64,000 nt of DNA from Escherichia coli (lineage in GTDB: Bacteria; Pseudomonadota; Gammaproteobacteria; Enterobacterales; Enterobacteriaceae): NCBI RefSeq assembly GCF_041248615.1, contig NZ_CP158426.1, one strand, 5' to 3'. This document shows positions 1 to 9,769 of this stretch, piece by piece (the stretch's first letter is position 1; each line of letters opens with the position of its first letter). The position numbers were made by a program, and so were the translations under genes. Below the pieces are notes generated by a model. It did no database searches. It had not been told where the DNA came from and saw only the letters and a program-made list of their open reading frames with translations.

Positions 1-72
1 GCCCATCACTTCAACAATCGTACTGTCCACCCCGGCAAGGGCGGCATCAAAGGCATTCTGAAAATCACGCAT
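1..72 (-). CDS. head-tail joining protein FII-like, first 24 codons only (gene continues beyond window start)
   Basis: minus-strand ATG at 72 just upstream of the FI stop; translation MRDFQNAFDAALAGVDSTIVEVMG resembles the lambda gpFII N-terminus; lambda gene order. Confidence 0.6.
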   Translation of the reverse strand, partial: MRDFQNAFDAALAGVDSTIVEVMG

Positions 73-439
73 AAACAGCCATTCCACCATCAACGTGTGT
101 TTTTGCATCTGAGGACATAATCAGAATCACCCGACCAACATCCGCAAGCTCAACGGATTCCCCCGTTTCACCATCAACGCCACAGAGATGGAGGCAGGTC
201 AGAACTCTGATGCGCGTTAACGCGCCGGATGTTTCCTCACGAACATCATGAGCCGCGGTTTCCCGCTCCCGGATATCCATATTCATAACCTGTACATCAT
301 CGCCGGATGACTGCATTTCCTCTTCCCATTCTGCCACCCGCTGCGCTATCTCTGCGGCACTCCCGGATATATCCGGCTCACGCCCCAGAATCAGGGCCAG
401 TTCATCAAGCCGTTTCAGATTTTGCTCTTTCGTTGCCAT
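65..439 (-). CDS. DNA-packaging protein FI-like
   Basis: ORF 65-487; probable start is the ATG at 439 (MATKEQNLKRLDELA...) preceded by AGGGGG; N-terminus resembles lambda gpFI; position between E and FII. Confidence 0.7.
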   Translation of the reverse strand: MATKEQNLKRLDELALILGREPDISGSAAEIAQRVAEWEEEMQSSGDDVQVMNMDIRERETAAHDVREETSGALTRIRVLTCLHLCGVDGETGESVELADVGRVILIMSSDAKTHVDGGMAVYA

Positions 440-450
440 ATCAGCCCCCT

Positions 451-481
451 GTGAAAAAAGACACGGGGGCATTTCGCCCCC
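451..481 (-). terminator. intrinsic-terminator-like hairpin between capsid gene E and FI
   Basis: on the minus strand a 6-bp GC stem (GGGGGC/GCCCCC) with 5-nt loop is followed by a T6 run, between the E stop and the FI ribosome-binding site. Confidence 0.45.
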
Positions 482-490
482 GCTCACGGA

Positions 491-1519
491 TTATTTCACC
501 TGTACCACCACAAACTCATCCGGGTCCGGCAACACCATCAGCGGCGCGGACTGCGTCATGGTAAATTCACGGGCGGGATCCCCTACCGTCAGCCAGTGTT
601 TCGGATAACGGGAAGAGGCCACCACACCTTCGGACAACGCCTGAGCATCCTGAATGGCACCGTAACAACGGATCCCATCTGCAGCAGTATTCCCCAGAAC
701 CAGCATGCCATCTGGAAGATAACGTTTTTCGATACCGTCTTCTGCTATATAAGACGTTTTCGCCACCACAATGGCCAGATCGCCGTAATACCCCTTGAAG
801 GACACCACTGCGCCCAGATCTTTCACTGCCGTTTCGAGTTGAGAATTTGAACCGCGACGGGTATCCAGTTTTTCGCGGAACAGCTTAAAACCATTCAGAA
901 GACGCCAGACGGTACCGTCCATAATGGCAATATTCACAAGACCGCTGGCCAGGTCGCAGTAGAGGTCAATATCATGTGTAGGATCGAACGTGTCACGATC
1001 CTGTTTTGACCACTCCTTACCACTACCCTGAGTGATGTTATTCTTCGTCGACCTGCCAAAATCGACCTCAATTTTCTCGAACTGGTCTCCTTCCATGGTG
1101 TATTTGCCATACAACACAGCATTTACCGCCTGCATTTCTTCCACCTGGACAATCGCGTGCTCTTCCTGTTTGAGGTTATCGGTAATGATACGCAGACGGC
1201 GGTAAGCCGGATCATTCAGTTGAGATGGATCTTCACCAGGAAGGCGCTCAACCGCCTGCTGGTAATTAAATTCGTGTTTCGGCTTGACGTAGCCCGGACG
1301 CAACACGCGGGTTTCACCACCACGATGACGCAGCACTTTTCCTTCAACAACCGGGGAGACATAGGCCGCCACCGGCGTTTTTCCGGTAATTTTGTCCAGC
1401 ATCACCTCTTCGGTATGGAAATTCACCGTACGGCGGAAAAACAGCTCCAGAAACAGCGCACGAAATTTAACTTTTTGTTCGGTATAACCGAGTAACTGGC
1501 GGGTCGTAAACAATCCCAT
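491..1519 (-). CDS. major capsid protein (lambda gpE family)
   Basis: 342-aa ORF, close to lambda gpE in length (my recollection) and motifs (YVKPKHE, KDLG, GDPAREFTM, SAPLM). Confidence 0.9.
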   Translation of the reverse strand: MGLFTTRQLLGYTEQKVKFRALFLELFFRRTVNFHTEEVMLDKITGKTPVAAYVSPVVEGKVLRHRGGETRVLRPGYVKPKHEFNYQQAVERLPGEDPSQLNDPAYRRLRIITDNLKQEEHAIVQVEEMQAVNAVLYGKYTMEGDQFEKIEVDFGRSTKNNITQGSGKEWSKQDRDTFDPTHDIDLYCDLASGLVNIAIMDGTVWRLLNGFKLFREKLDTRRGSNSQLETAVKDLGAVVSFKGYYGDLAIVVAKTSYIAEDGIEKRYLPDGMLVLGNTAADGIRCYGAIQDAQALSEGVVASSRYPKHWLTVGDPAREFTMTQSAPLMVLPDPDEFVVVQVK

Positions 1520-1550
1520 AAATCAGTTCCTTTCATTCAGAAATCAGTCA

Positions 1551-1566
1551 GGCCACCGCGGTGGCC
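1551..1566. repeat. perfect 16-bp palindrome GGCCACCGCGGTGGCC between D and E
   Basis: read directly in the D-E intercistronic region. Confidence 0.6.
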
Positions 1567-1576
1567 TGATAACGTG

Positions 1577-1924
1577 TTACGGCAGCGCCGCGTGACTCAG
1601 GGCACTGCCAGCAAAGGCGTTGGCCTTTTTGTGTTCATCCACACTTTCAGGCCAGTGGATTGCCTCCGTCGCAAAGGTTCCCGACTTGTAATACGTCAGC
1701 GCCGTCTCTGTGCCTTCAAGCGGCAGTACCAGTATGCCAACCGCACTACCGGCTTTCTGTCCGTCCCAGACCACCAGTTTCCCGGTGGCTTCATCCAGCA
1801 TCAGGGGCGTCAGTGCCGGTGTTGGCGAGGAAATCCCGCTGCTGCCTGTGGCGGTATGAGCCGGATCATTACCGGCAAAAATACGTACTTCCGCACGCTG
1901 TTCAGTGATGGTTTTCGTCACCAT
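1577..1924 (-). CDS. head decoration protein (lambda gpD family)
   Basis: 115-aa ORF with DPAHTAT, TPLMLD, WDG, YKSGTF motifs as in lambda gpD. Confidence 0.85.
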   Translation of the reverse strand: MVTKTITEQRAEVRIFAGNDPAHTATGSSGISSPTPALTPLMLDEATGKLVVWDGQKAGSAVGILVLPLEGTETALTYYKSGTFATEAIHWPESVDEHKKANAFAGSALSHAALP

Positions 1925-1960
1925 ATTGTAAAAACCTCCTATTGATGGTCAGCACTGACT

Positions 1961-3466
1961 TCATGGCATGGCCATGAGCATTTTCACGTCCGCATCACCG
2001 TCTGCTGACGTCTGTGCCACGCCACCCTGTACCGCTGCCGGTGAATGGTTCGCCATGAAATGTTCAAACATGGCGGTTGTGGATGCAGAGACCGGTTCTG
2101 CCTTACCTGATCCCGCAGCCAGCACAGCCCGGGCGCTCTCCACTGTCATTCCCGGGCAGGCAGCCAGCTGTTCAGCCTGCGCCTCAGCCCCTTTTGCCTC
2201 ATCCAGTGCCATGATCTGATCACGGAGTGATGGTCCGGCATCCGCCTGCGGTGAAGCAGCCAGGATCGGGCGGGCTTTTTCCACCGTCATCTCCGGCATC
2301 GCCGCCAGCGTTGCCGCCAGTTGTTCACGACCGTTCGCTTCTTCACACGCCATAATGCGATCGGCTTCACTCTGCGTGGATGCCACCGGCTGCTGCGGTG
2401 CCGCCGCGGCCAGAATCGCCCGGGCCTGTTCAACGCTCATGCCCTGTTGTCCTGCCAGCATCGTGGCAAGCTGTTCACGTCCTTTCGCTTCCTGGCATGT
2501 CAGGATCCCCATCACTCGCTGGTTCTCCTGCGCGGCGGCTTCCGTTGCAGTTAATTGCGGCATAGTGCCTCCTCTGACATTACTGTTCAGCGCCGTGGCC
2601 ATCACACTGATGGCATCCGACGCATTGATTAATTCATCCGCCAGCCCGGCCTCAATGCCGGACTGACCTTCAAAAACGGCAGCCTCTGTTCCCGTGACGG
2701 CATCAACAGACAGACCGGTATACATCGCCACTTTTTCGGCAAACATCCGGCGCGCCGCATCAATCCGCTGCTGCATGTCCTGGCGAACCTCTGCCGGCAA
2801 CGCTTCAAACTGATTGCCATCCACCTTGTGCGCCCCTGAGTAAATCAGCGTGATATCCACACCGGCCTGCGCCAGATGACCGGCATAGCTGACATGGCTC
2901 ATCATCACGCCAATGGAGCCGATACGGGATGTCTGGGTAACCAGCCGTCGGGAGCAGGCCGACGCCAGCAGCATGGCTGCAGAACAGGCCGTGTCATTGC
3001 ACAGTGCCCAGACCGGCTTCTGCTGACGGAGGCGGTAAATCATGTCAGCGCAGTCAAACGCGCCGGCGGCCTGCCCGCCCGGACTGTCAATGTCCAGCAG
3101 TACGCCCCGCACCTGGCTATCCGCCATTGCCTGCTGAAGACAGGCGACAATGCCGTCATAGCCTGTCATTCCGGAAAATGGCCGCATACCACCCAGCCGG
3201 TGCACCAGCGTGCCGGTCACCGGCAGTACAGCAATACCGTTCACCACCCGGTAAACACGGGCCGGTCGTTTACCTCCGGCCATGTACTCGTCCGTTTCAG
3301 CCAGCATTCCGGGAGCATCAAACTGTACCTGCTGTTGTGGTACCGAAAGACTTGCTGCCCCCATCTCGCGCCCGAGCGCGCAAAAGAAAACCCGCGCATA
3401 GGCGGGCTCCAGAAGCAGCGGTTCATTGAATGCTGCGGCAATAATGTGTGAAAGATTACGTCTCAC
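1961..3466 (-). CDS. head maturation protease / scaffold (lambda gpC with in-frame Nu3-like C-terminal part; ClpP/S49 peptidase fold)
   Basis: 501-aa ORF between portal and D; S49-type core; C-terminal third contains three ~45-aa tandem repeats. Confidence 0.8.
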   Translation of the reverse strand: MRRNLSHIIAAAFNEPLLLEPAYARVFFCALGREMGAASLSVPQQQVQFDAPGMLAETDEYMAGGKRPARVYRVVNGIAVLPVTGTLVHRLGGMRPFSGMTGYDGIVACLQQAMADSQVRGVLLDIDSPGGQAAGAFDCADMIYRLRQQKPVWALCNDTACSAAMLLASACSRRLVTQTSRIGSIGVMMSHVSYAGHLAQAGVDITLIYSGAHKVDGNQFEALPAEVRQDMQQRIDAARRMFAEKVAMYTGLSVDAVTGTEAAVFEGQSGIEAGLADELINASDAISVMATALNSNVRGGTMPQLTATEAAAQENQRVMGILTCQEAKGREQLATMLAGQQGMSVEQARAILAAAAPQQPVASTQSEADRIMACEEANGREQLAATLAAMPEMTVEKARPILAASPQADAGPSLRDQIMALDEAKGAEAQAEQLAACPGMTVESARAVLAAGSGKAEPVSASTTAMFEHFMANHSPAAVQGGVAQTSADGDADVKMLMAMP

Positions 3467-5048
3467 GTGGTGTTGTCTCCTCTTCCGGCCTACGACTCTC
3501 CGCTATCTGCTGCTGATACGCCTGCTCTATCCACACCGGACGTGAGAGTCCGGCTTTTTGCCGCTCAGCAGATTCCCTGACCTGCTGGCGGAAAATGTCC
3601 TGATAATCCTCGCCCATCAGCGCCAGCTCTTTCTCATACGTGCTCAGTCCGGCCTCAATGCGCATCACTGATTCCTGGACTTCCTTGAGCCCGTCAATGG
3701 CCATTCTTCCGGCACCAATCCACTCTGCCCGTGACCAGGCTGATCGCGCCTGATAAAAATCAAAACGTGCCCGTGGCGGACGAATAATCCCCCGAAGAAG
3801 TGCCTCTTCCAGCCAGCAGGAAAACATCTGCGTGGCCAGCCGGGCCGCAATAAATTTTCGCCGCCCCATAAAATAGCGCCACGACTCATTGGCGGAGGCG
3901 CGGGCACTTGAGTAACTGACCTTCGAGTAATCACGGGACAACTGTTCGTAGGAAACGCCAAGACCGGCGGCGATATACCGCAGCAGCGCCTGTTCAAGCG
4001 CAGAAAATCCATTGTCTGAATCCTGCGCAGTCTGTAGTTTCAGATCATCACCAGGGAAAAGGTGCGGAATTTTGACACCGCCCAGTGTCACGTTATTCGT
4101 GTCATACCAGCTGGAAAACTTCTCCAGAATATTAATAAGCGGATTATCCTTCTGCTCCTGTGGCGCGCCGGCGATATATTCAAAGGCCTTTTCGGTATCA
4201 AGTTCACTTTCAATCGTCGCTGCATACATCGCCTTCACTATGGCCGACTGAAGCTGTGTTGCCTGCAGGGAATCGAGCATCTTCAGCCGTTCCATGACGC
4301 TGTAAAACTGATTAGCCCCACGGGTCTGCCCGTCCTCCACCGGCTCGAAAATATGCAGCATGGCCGGACGCCCGGTGGGAAGTTCACGCGGGATCCGTTC
4401 CCATCGTCCACTACCAGAGAACGGAAAATCATCCTCACAGATATGGTACGCGACGGCACGGCCATATCGATCGACCTCCACACCGGCCCGCAGAAAACGG
4501 TTCCCCATACCGTGTCCAGGCGTGTCCACCCGTTTCGGACTCACGGCTTTAAAACGCGTACGGAATAACTGCGTGGTTTCCGTATCCCAGACCGGCTGCA
4601 CAAAGATTTCGCCGTTAAACGCATGAACGCCCACACCTTCACGGATAAATTCCGTGAACGTGCGTTTTCCTTCCACGTCGATCTCGCCAAACATCCCTTC
4701 GGCGTATTCCGACCAGGCCGCCTCCACCTCATCGACAAAGCTTTTTGCTGCGGTCTCCCGCATCCCCAGCCAGCGCCAGTTCGGACGGTAGCTGATCAGA
4801 AACATATGCCCGACAATGTGATCCTTATGCAGAGCCACCGCATTAGCCGCTATTCCGTTATTGCGCACCAGATCATCTGCCCGGGCATTCCCCAGACGCA
4901 ACGCGGGCAGCAGGGCCGCATCGGCACTCTGCGCCGGTGGCAACCACTCAGCCATTTGCCCGCCAAATCCTGCACCGCCCCCGTTGTAGCTGAGACTCTC
5001 ACGAAGCGGAACGCCGTTCACATCAATCAGGACAGGCGTTCGTTTCAT
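3456..5048 (-). CDS. portal protein (lambda gpB family)
   Basis: ORF 3456-5078; probable start MKRTPVLI at 5048, forming an ATGA overlap with the W stop; lambda gpB-like motifs (GANQFYSVME, LQSAIVKAMYAATIESELD, RMAIDGLKEVQE). Confidence 0.85.
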   Translation of the reverse strand: MKRTPVLIDVNGVPLRESLSYNGGGAGFGGQMAEWLPPAQSADAALLPALRLGNARADDLVRNNGIAANAVALHKDHIVGHMFLISYRPNWRWLGMRETAAKSFVDEVEAAWSEYAEGMFGEIDVEGKRTFTEFIREGVGVHAFNGEIFVQPVWDTETTQLFRTRFKAVSPKRVDTPGHGMGNRFLRAGVEVDRYGRAVAYHICEDDFPFSGSGRWERIPRELPTGRPAMLHIFEPVEDGQTRGANQFYSVMERLKMLDSLQATQLQSAIVKAMYAATIESELDTEKAFEYIAGAPQEQKDNPLINILEKFSSWYDTNNVTLGGVKIPHLFPGDDLKLQTAQDSDNGFSALEQALLRYIAAGLGVSYEQLSRDYSKVSYSSARASANESWRYFMGRRKFIAARLATQMFSCWLEEALLRGIIRPPRARFDFYQARSAWSRAEWIGAGRMAIDGLKEVQESVMRIEAGLSTYEKELALMGEDYQDIFRQQVRESAERQKAGLSRPVWIEQAYQQQIAESRRPEEETTPRET

Positions 5049-5251
5049 AACCTCACTCCCAGCGGACGACGGCGACACCGGGTTGTCCCCAGTACCGACT
5101 CCGCATCATTGATCGCCCGGTTAAGCTCATCCAGAGAAGCCGCCGTATATTCAATTCTGCGACCATCTTTCTGGACAGACACCACCCGTTTACCGGTTAA
5201 TAAATCAAGGCGCGCCTGACGCAGCGCCTGCAGTTCAGCGACTGTAACCAT
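5045..5251 (-). CDS. head-tail joining protein W
   Basis: 68-aa ORF, same length as lambda gpW, with GKRVVSVQKDGRR motif. Confidence 0.8.
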   Translation of the reverse strand: MVTVAELQALRQARLDLLTGKRVVSVQKDGRRIEYTAASLDELNRAINDAESVLGTTRCRRRPLGVRL

Positions 5252-7205
5252 TCACTCCTCCGGACAGCTTCGCTGCCAGTTCTTTAAGGGTTGGCCGGGT
5301 CGTCTCTTCTTCCCGGGATTTTGCCAGTACAGCCAGATCAAGCTGCCAGCGTTGCACGGACACACGTAATGCCGCGTAGGCATACACCAGGCAGTCCAGC
5401 GCTTCGTTACGCCGCTTTTTGTTATCCCACAGCAGACGCATCTTTCCTTTTTCCCACTTCTCCACAAGCTCTTCCGCGACCAGTTGCTGCGCCTCTGTCT
5501 GCGAAAAAATCTCCGGATCATCAGGAAAACGGATAGCATACGACGTGGCTTCATCCACAGGCGTGGGATCGGCTTTCATACGGGCATAGAGAATTTCTTT
5601 TGCGGTGTCCGTCCCCACTTCACACAGATACACGCCCCGCTGATTGCGGGTTTTTGGCATGGTGATCACCGGCTTGCCATAGACAGATGCGCCTTTTACC
5701 GGCAGCACCCGGAAAACACCGTGTTTTTTTGACCTCTGATAAACGATTTCGCCATCGATCCCCCCGATGTCCCAGCAGACACGGGAAATGGTCATTTCGG
5801 TTCCGTCTGCATGGCGGTATTTTTTGTTGATCGCCGCATCCACACGTAACAGCGTCTCTTCCTCATCGGGACGCCCCATAATGATGATTTTATCCACCAG
5901 AAAGGCTTCCTCTCCCGGAGCCCATCCCCAGACATACATCTCAAAACGGTTTCGCTGCGAGTCAATGCCCGCCGTCAGATAAACCACCCGGGCAGGCACC
6001 GCCGCCGTGTAACGCACAACCTTATCCATCAGCACCTGGTGATCGAGTTTTTCGCCCACAGCCTCTTCCCAGGTCTCGCCCAGCGTGGTGTTCACAAAGG
6101 TTTTCAGGCCGTTGGGATCTTTCAGTGCATCCAGCCAGTCATAGACAATCTGTACCCAGGTGGTGAACGGACTGTACGCCGTCCAGATATGGAAAGTGAT
6201 GGAGCGCGGCGGCGGAATTTCATCACCCCGGGCGCTGAAAAACATCAGGCCGTCACGGGTCCACATGCCCGTGTTTTCACAGATCCACCGCCCGTTACTC
6301 TGGTCAAGCTCAGACTGATGGATCACACAGCCATGATGCTCACAAAGGTAGAAAACACTTTCTGGCTTATTCTTCTCCCACTTAAGACCGAAAGGCGAGG
6401 CATCATCGCCAAATTTCAGATACTGCTCCTCCCCACAGTGCGGACAGGGCACATAAAAACGCATGAAGTGTGCCGACTCGTTAGCGGCTTTTTCGATCTG
6501 GCAGGAGCCTTTGATTTTAGGCGTCGAGCCGCGAATGGATTTTGGCCATACAGAGCCCTCAATACGTTTATCCCCCAGCAGGGTTGGCGAACCCTCTTTT
6601 TCAACATCCGGTTCGAACGAGGAAAGCTCGTCATAACAGACCACATCCACGGATTTTTCACGGTAGTTTTTTGCTGCCGCACCACCCAGACACCAGAACC
6701 CCACACCGGAGGAAAAACGCTTCAGGGTGAGCGTATTATCGCGGTGTTTTCTTCCGAACCATGGAGCCAGCTCCAGCAATGCAGGAACATCCCTTATCGT
6801 TGGCTCAACATGAGATTTCATAAAATCTTCAGCAGCTGAGTCCGTGGGCTGAAAAAGAAGGCTGTTGCGTGATTTATGCTCAATAAAATAAGCCTCCACT
6901 CCCAGCAACATCTTTGTATAACCAACACGGGCAGATTTAATCAGGTTAACCGTGCGAATCAGATCGTTGCCCATACAGTTCATGATGCCAACCTGAAACG
7001 GCAGTGTTTCCCATCGCCCCGGGGTATAAGACGACTCTTTAGGAAGGTAATAATGTTTATTGGCCCACTGAACTGTCGTCAGTGGAACAGGAATAATGAG
7101 AGATAAAAGCCCTGTAGCTATCGCACCGGCTGCATTAGCTGCCTTCTGCGCGTCTGAAATCATCGATCCACCCGCCCACGTTTTCACCGGCCTTAGCTGC
7201 AACAT
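5235..7205 (-). CDS. terminase large subunit (lambda gpA family)
   Basis: 656-aa ORF; motifs [43 protein letters not shown] as in lambda gpA. Confidence 0.9.
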
Positions 7206-7683
7206 TGGAGGCTTTCGCGATTTCAGTTTTCACCACATCAAGGTGTGATGGTGAAATGTCCGGATATTTACGCTGTAATGTCAACGGCACACGCACAAGT
7301 ATCCCCGAAATCTCCTGTGCCACACGTTGCAGAATGAAGGTAAACAGTTCAGTTTCCAGCACTACTCCGTCTTCACGGGCATTTTTCAGTTCCTGCGCAT
7401 CTGCCTGCGCTTTTGTGAGCCGGTAGCGTTCATAGTCAATGGTGCCGGGTTGTAAATCTGACTCCGCTGCCGCACGCAAATCGTCCAGTTCTTTGCGGAG
7501 CTTTTCGTTTTCGATATCAGTTTCCCTCTGCGCATACCACTGAATTGCCATGGCAGTATCAAATACAGATTCAATGCCCTTACTACCTTTGGAGGCGCAA
7601 GGGAGTCCCTGAGACTGCCAGCGTTCAATCGTCCGCGGGTCCACGTTGAAAATTTCGGCAAGCCTCTTTTTATTAACCTTCAT
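7135..7683 (-). CDS. terminase small subunit (lambda Nu1 family)
   Basis: 182-aa ORF; N-terminal [12 protein letters not shown]... and [21 protein letters not shown] motifs as in lambda Nu1; 3' end overlaps A. Confidence 0.9.
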
Positions 7684-7799
7684 GAAAACAACCCATTATC
7701 AAATACAAGGCCCGACATGAAAACGCCAGAAAAAGGCATTTTCGGACACTTTCATGTCGGACCTTTACGGATGCAATATTAAAAAAAACAAAAAGTTAT

Positions 7800-7880
7800 A
7801 TTCGAGAAGTACCGACACGATTTTCCCTGAAAAATTTTCATAAATAGTGAAAAACCGCGAGGTCGCCGCCCCGTAACCTG
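7800..7880 (-). other. cos site (cosN core about 7860-7871 plus flanking terminase-binding region)
   Basis: minus strand reads GGGGCGGCGACCTCGCGGTTTTTCACTATTTATGAAAATTTTTCAGG, near-identical to the lambda cos sequence as I recall it; lies upstream of Nu1. Confidence 0.75.
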
Positions 7881-8019
7881 TTGGATCGACGGAAAGGACC
7901 CGAAAACGAGAATAATTATCACTTACAGCAAGAATCGAATCTGATCTATTATGGTGCTTGCTATTATGTGCCGGCACAAGTGCGTCGTTTACCGTCATTT
8001 CACACAGAGGCATCATCAA

Positions 8020-8271
8020 ATGAAAATCAGAAATATTCTCGCTATCTCCCTTGCGACATCATCCTTCAGTTGCCTGGCATTTAAATCCTCGCCCAATGTG
8101 CTACCAGGACCAACGAATCAACTAACTGCGGTAGAAAGTAAAATTATCGGACATTTTTATGCCCCACACAGTACATTACCCGGAACAACCATCACAGGGA
8201 CATGTGACGCCTCCCCCGTCCCGGGATGCACCTGTCCGTTTTGTACTATGCTGCGTAGCCAAAACCGATAA
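8020..8271 (+). CDS. hypothetical small secreted protein with Cys-rich C-terminus
   Basis: internal start MKIRNILAISLATSSFSCLA looks like a signal peptide; C-terminus TGTCDASPVPGCTCPFC; no family recognised; may be non-coding. Confidence 0.3.
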   Translation: MKIRNILAISLATSSFSCLAFKSSPNVLPGPTNQLTAVESKIIGHFYAPHSTLPGTTITGTCDASPVPGCTCPFCTMLRSQNR

Positions 8272-8634
8272 CATCCGCATTTACCTGGTATTCCATGATG
8301 AGTTCACGCAGCGACTGATAGAGGAAGGAAAGATGGTTAGTAAAAGCAAGGCGCATTGCCGCCGCATGCTGCAGGCATTGCAACAGACGAGAGCAGGTAT
8401 TTTTGACCAGTTGGAAAACTGCCAGCATACTTTGCCCGAGTATATCGCCATCTCATCGGAAACCAGTGCAACTCTTATTCATCGGGTTCCACCAGAGAAA
8501 AAGAAGAAATGAACAGTGAGGCGTTGTGTGGCATACAACGCCTTCTTCCATCATTCCTCGTCAGCCATGACAAAAATATAACCGCTGGCTCTTTCATTTT
8601 TCTCCTGCTTCCAGCCCCTCTCTACCTGGAAGCA

Positions 8635-8961
8635 TCAAGGACGTGACGGCGTAAAGATAAATTGTCTCTTCACTCCCTGACAGGGGCGATTCTTTTCAAA
8701 TCGCCATTTCGCCATGGCCTTCACCACTTCATCACGAAACAAATTATGAGGCTCTGAGCGGAGAAAAACGATCCGTGTCACAGTCCCATCAGCACCAATA
8801 TCGAACTTAACCTCAACCAGCCCCTTGATATAATTTGCTGCAGCATATTCCGGATATCGTGGATACACCGTCACTAATTGCCGGGGCTCATCAGCTTTTT
8901 GCTGCGAGCATCCCACTGCCAGGACAGATAACAGAAAAAGTAGTAAAAGGCGTCTTTTCAT
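8635..8961 (-). CDS. lipoprotein consisting of a TonB C-terminal-domain-like fold
   Basis: start MKRRLLLLFLLSVLAVGCSQQ (signal peptide plus lipobox, Ser at +2); remainder matches the TonB C-terminal domain pattern (YP..A....I.G.V.VKFD...DG.V.......S.P.N.F..EV..AM..WRFE) of E. coli TonB as I recall it. Confidence 0.55.
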   Translation of the reverse strand: MKRRLLLLFLLSVLAVGCSQQKADEPRQLVTVYPRYPEYAAANYIKGLVEVKFDIGADGTVTRIVFLRSEPHNLFRDEVVKAMAKWRFEKNRPCQGVKRQFIFTPSRP

Positions 8962-9444
8962 TTTTATTCCTACGGGTCTTATTCTGACAATATATCCTGT
9001 GTTCCAGACTGCCACATCACCACATCCTGTGCCATTATCTGACTCACATTACATACATCGCATCGGGATACAGTAGTAGCACTTTCTGTAATACAGCTTC
9101 CTGTTTCTTCCACCATCGCACCGGGATAAACCCGCGAATCATTAACGCGGTAAAAACCCGGTGTGCATCGTTTTTAATTATTCCCGCACACTCACGCAGA
9201 AGGAATTCCCCGTCGGGCTACGGTCATGGTTAATGCGGGAATACGGCGACGATACAGCGCAGCTAAAAGGGTAATGGACGGATAGACCGGTTTATTTCAT
9301 TCCACAGGATTCTGAGTGTCCCCAACTTCCTCCAATAGTCTGAGCCCACCTGTGTAGTTTTAATTTTCATCAATCCATTTAACTATCGTTTAATTTTCTA
9401 CACATACGATTCTGCGAACTTCAAAAAGCATCGGGAATAACACC

Positions 9445-9738
9445 ATGAAAAAAATGCTACTCGCTACTGCGCTGGCCCTGCTTATTACAGGATGTGCTCA
9501 ACAGACGTTTACTGTTCAAAACAAACCGGCAGCAGTAGCACCAAAGGAAACCATCACCCATCATTTCTTCGTTTCTGGAATTGGGCAGAAGAAAACTGTC
9601 GATGCAGCCAAAATTTGTGGCGGCGCAGAAAATGTTGTTAAAACAGAAACCCAGCAAACATTCGTAAATGGATTGCTCGGTTTTATTACTTTAGGCATTT
9701 ATACTCCGCTGGAAGCGCGTGTGTATTGCTCACAATAA
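9445..9738 (+). CDS. bor: Bor lipoprotein (serum-resistance family)
   Basis: 97-aa ORF MKKMLLATALALLITGCAQQ..., matches lambda Bor as I recall it. Confidence 0.9.
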   Translation: MKKMLLATALALLITGCAQQTFTVQNKPAAVAPKETITHHFFVSGIGQKKTVDAAKICGGAENVVKTETQQTFVNGLLGFITLGIYTPLEARVYCSQ

Positions 9739-9769
9739 TTGCATGAGTTGCCCATCGATATGGGCAACT

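Noticed and set aside
6039-6839. 266-aa plus-strand ORF
   Set aside because: Antisense inside the large terminase gene; shadow ORF.
7765-8019. 84-aa minus-strand ORF
   Set aside because: Spans the cos site and terminase-binding region; more likely non-coding.
8333-8512. About 59-aa plus-strand ORF (MVSKSKAHCRRMLQ...) within track ORF 8159-8512
   Set aside because: Weak start context and lysine-rich tail; retained only as a possibility within the moron island.
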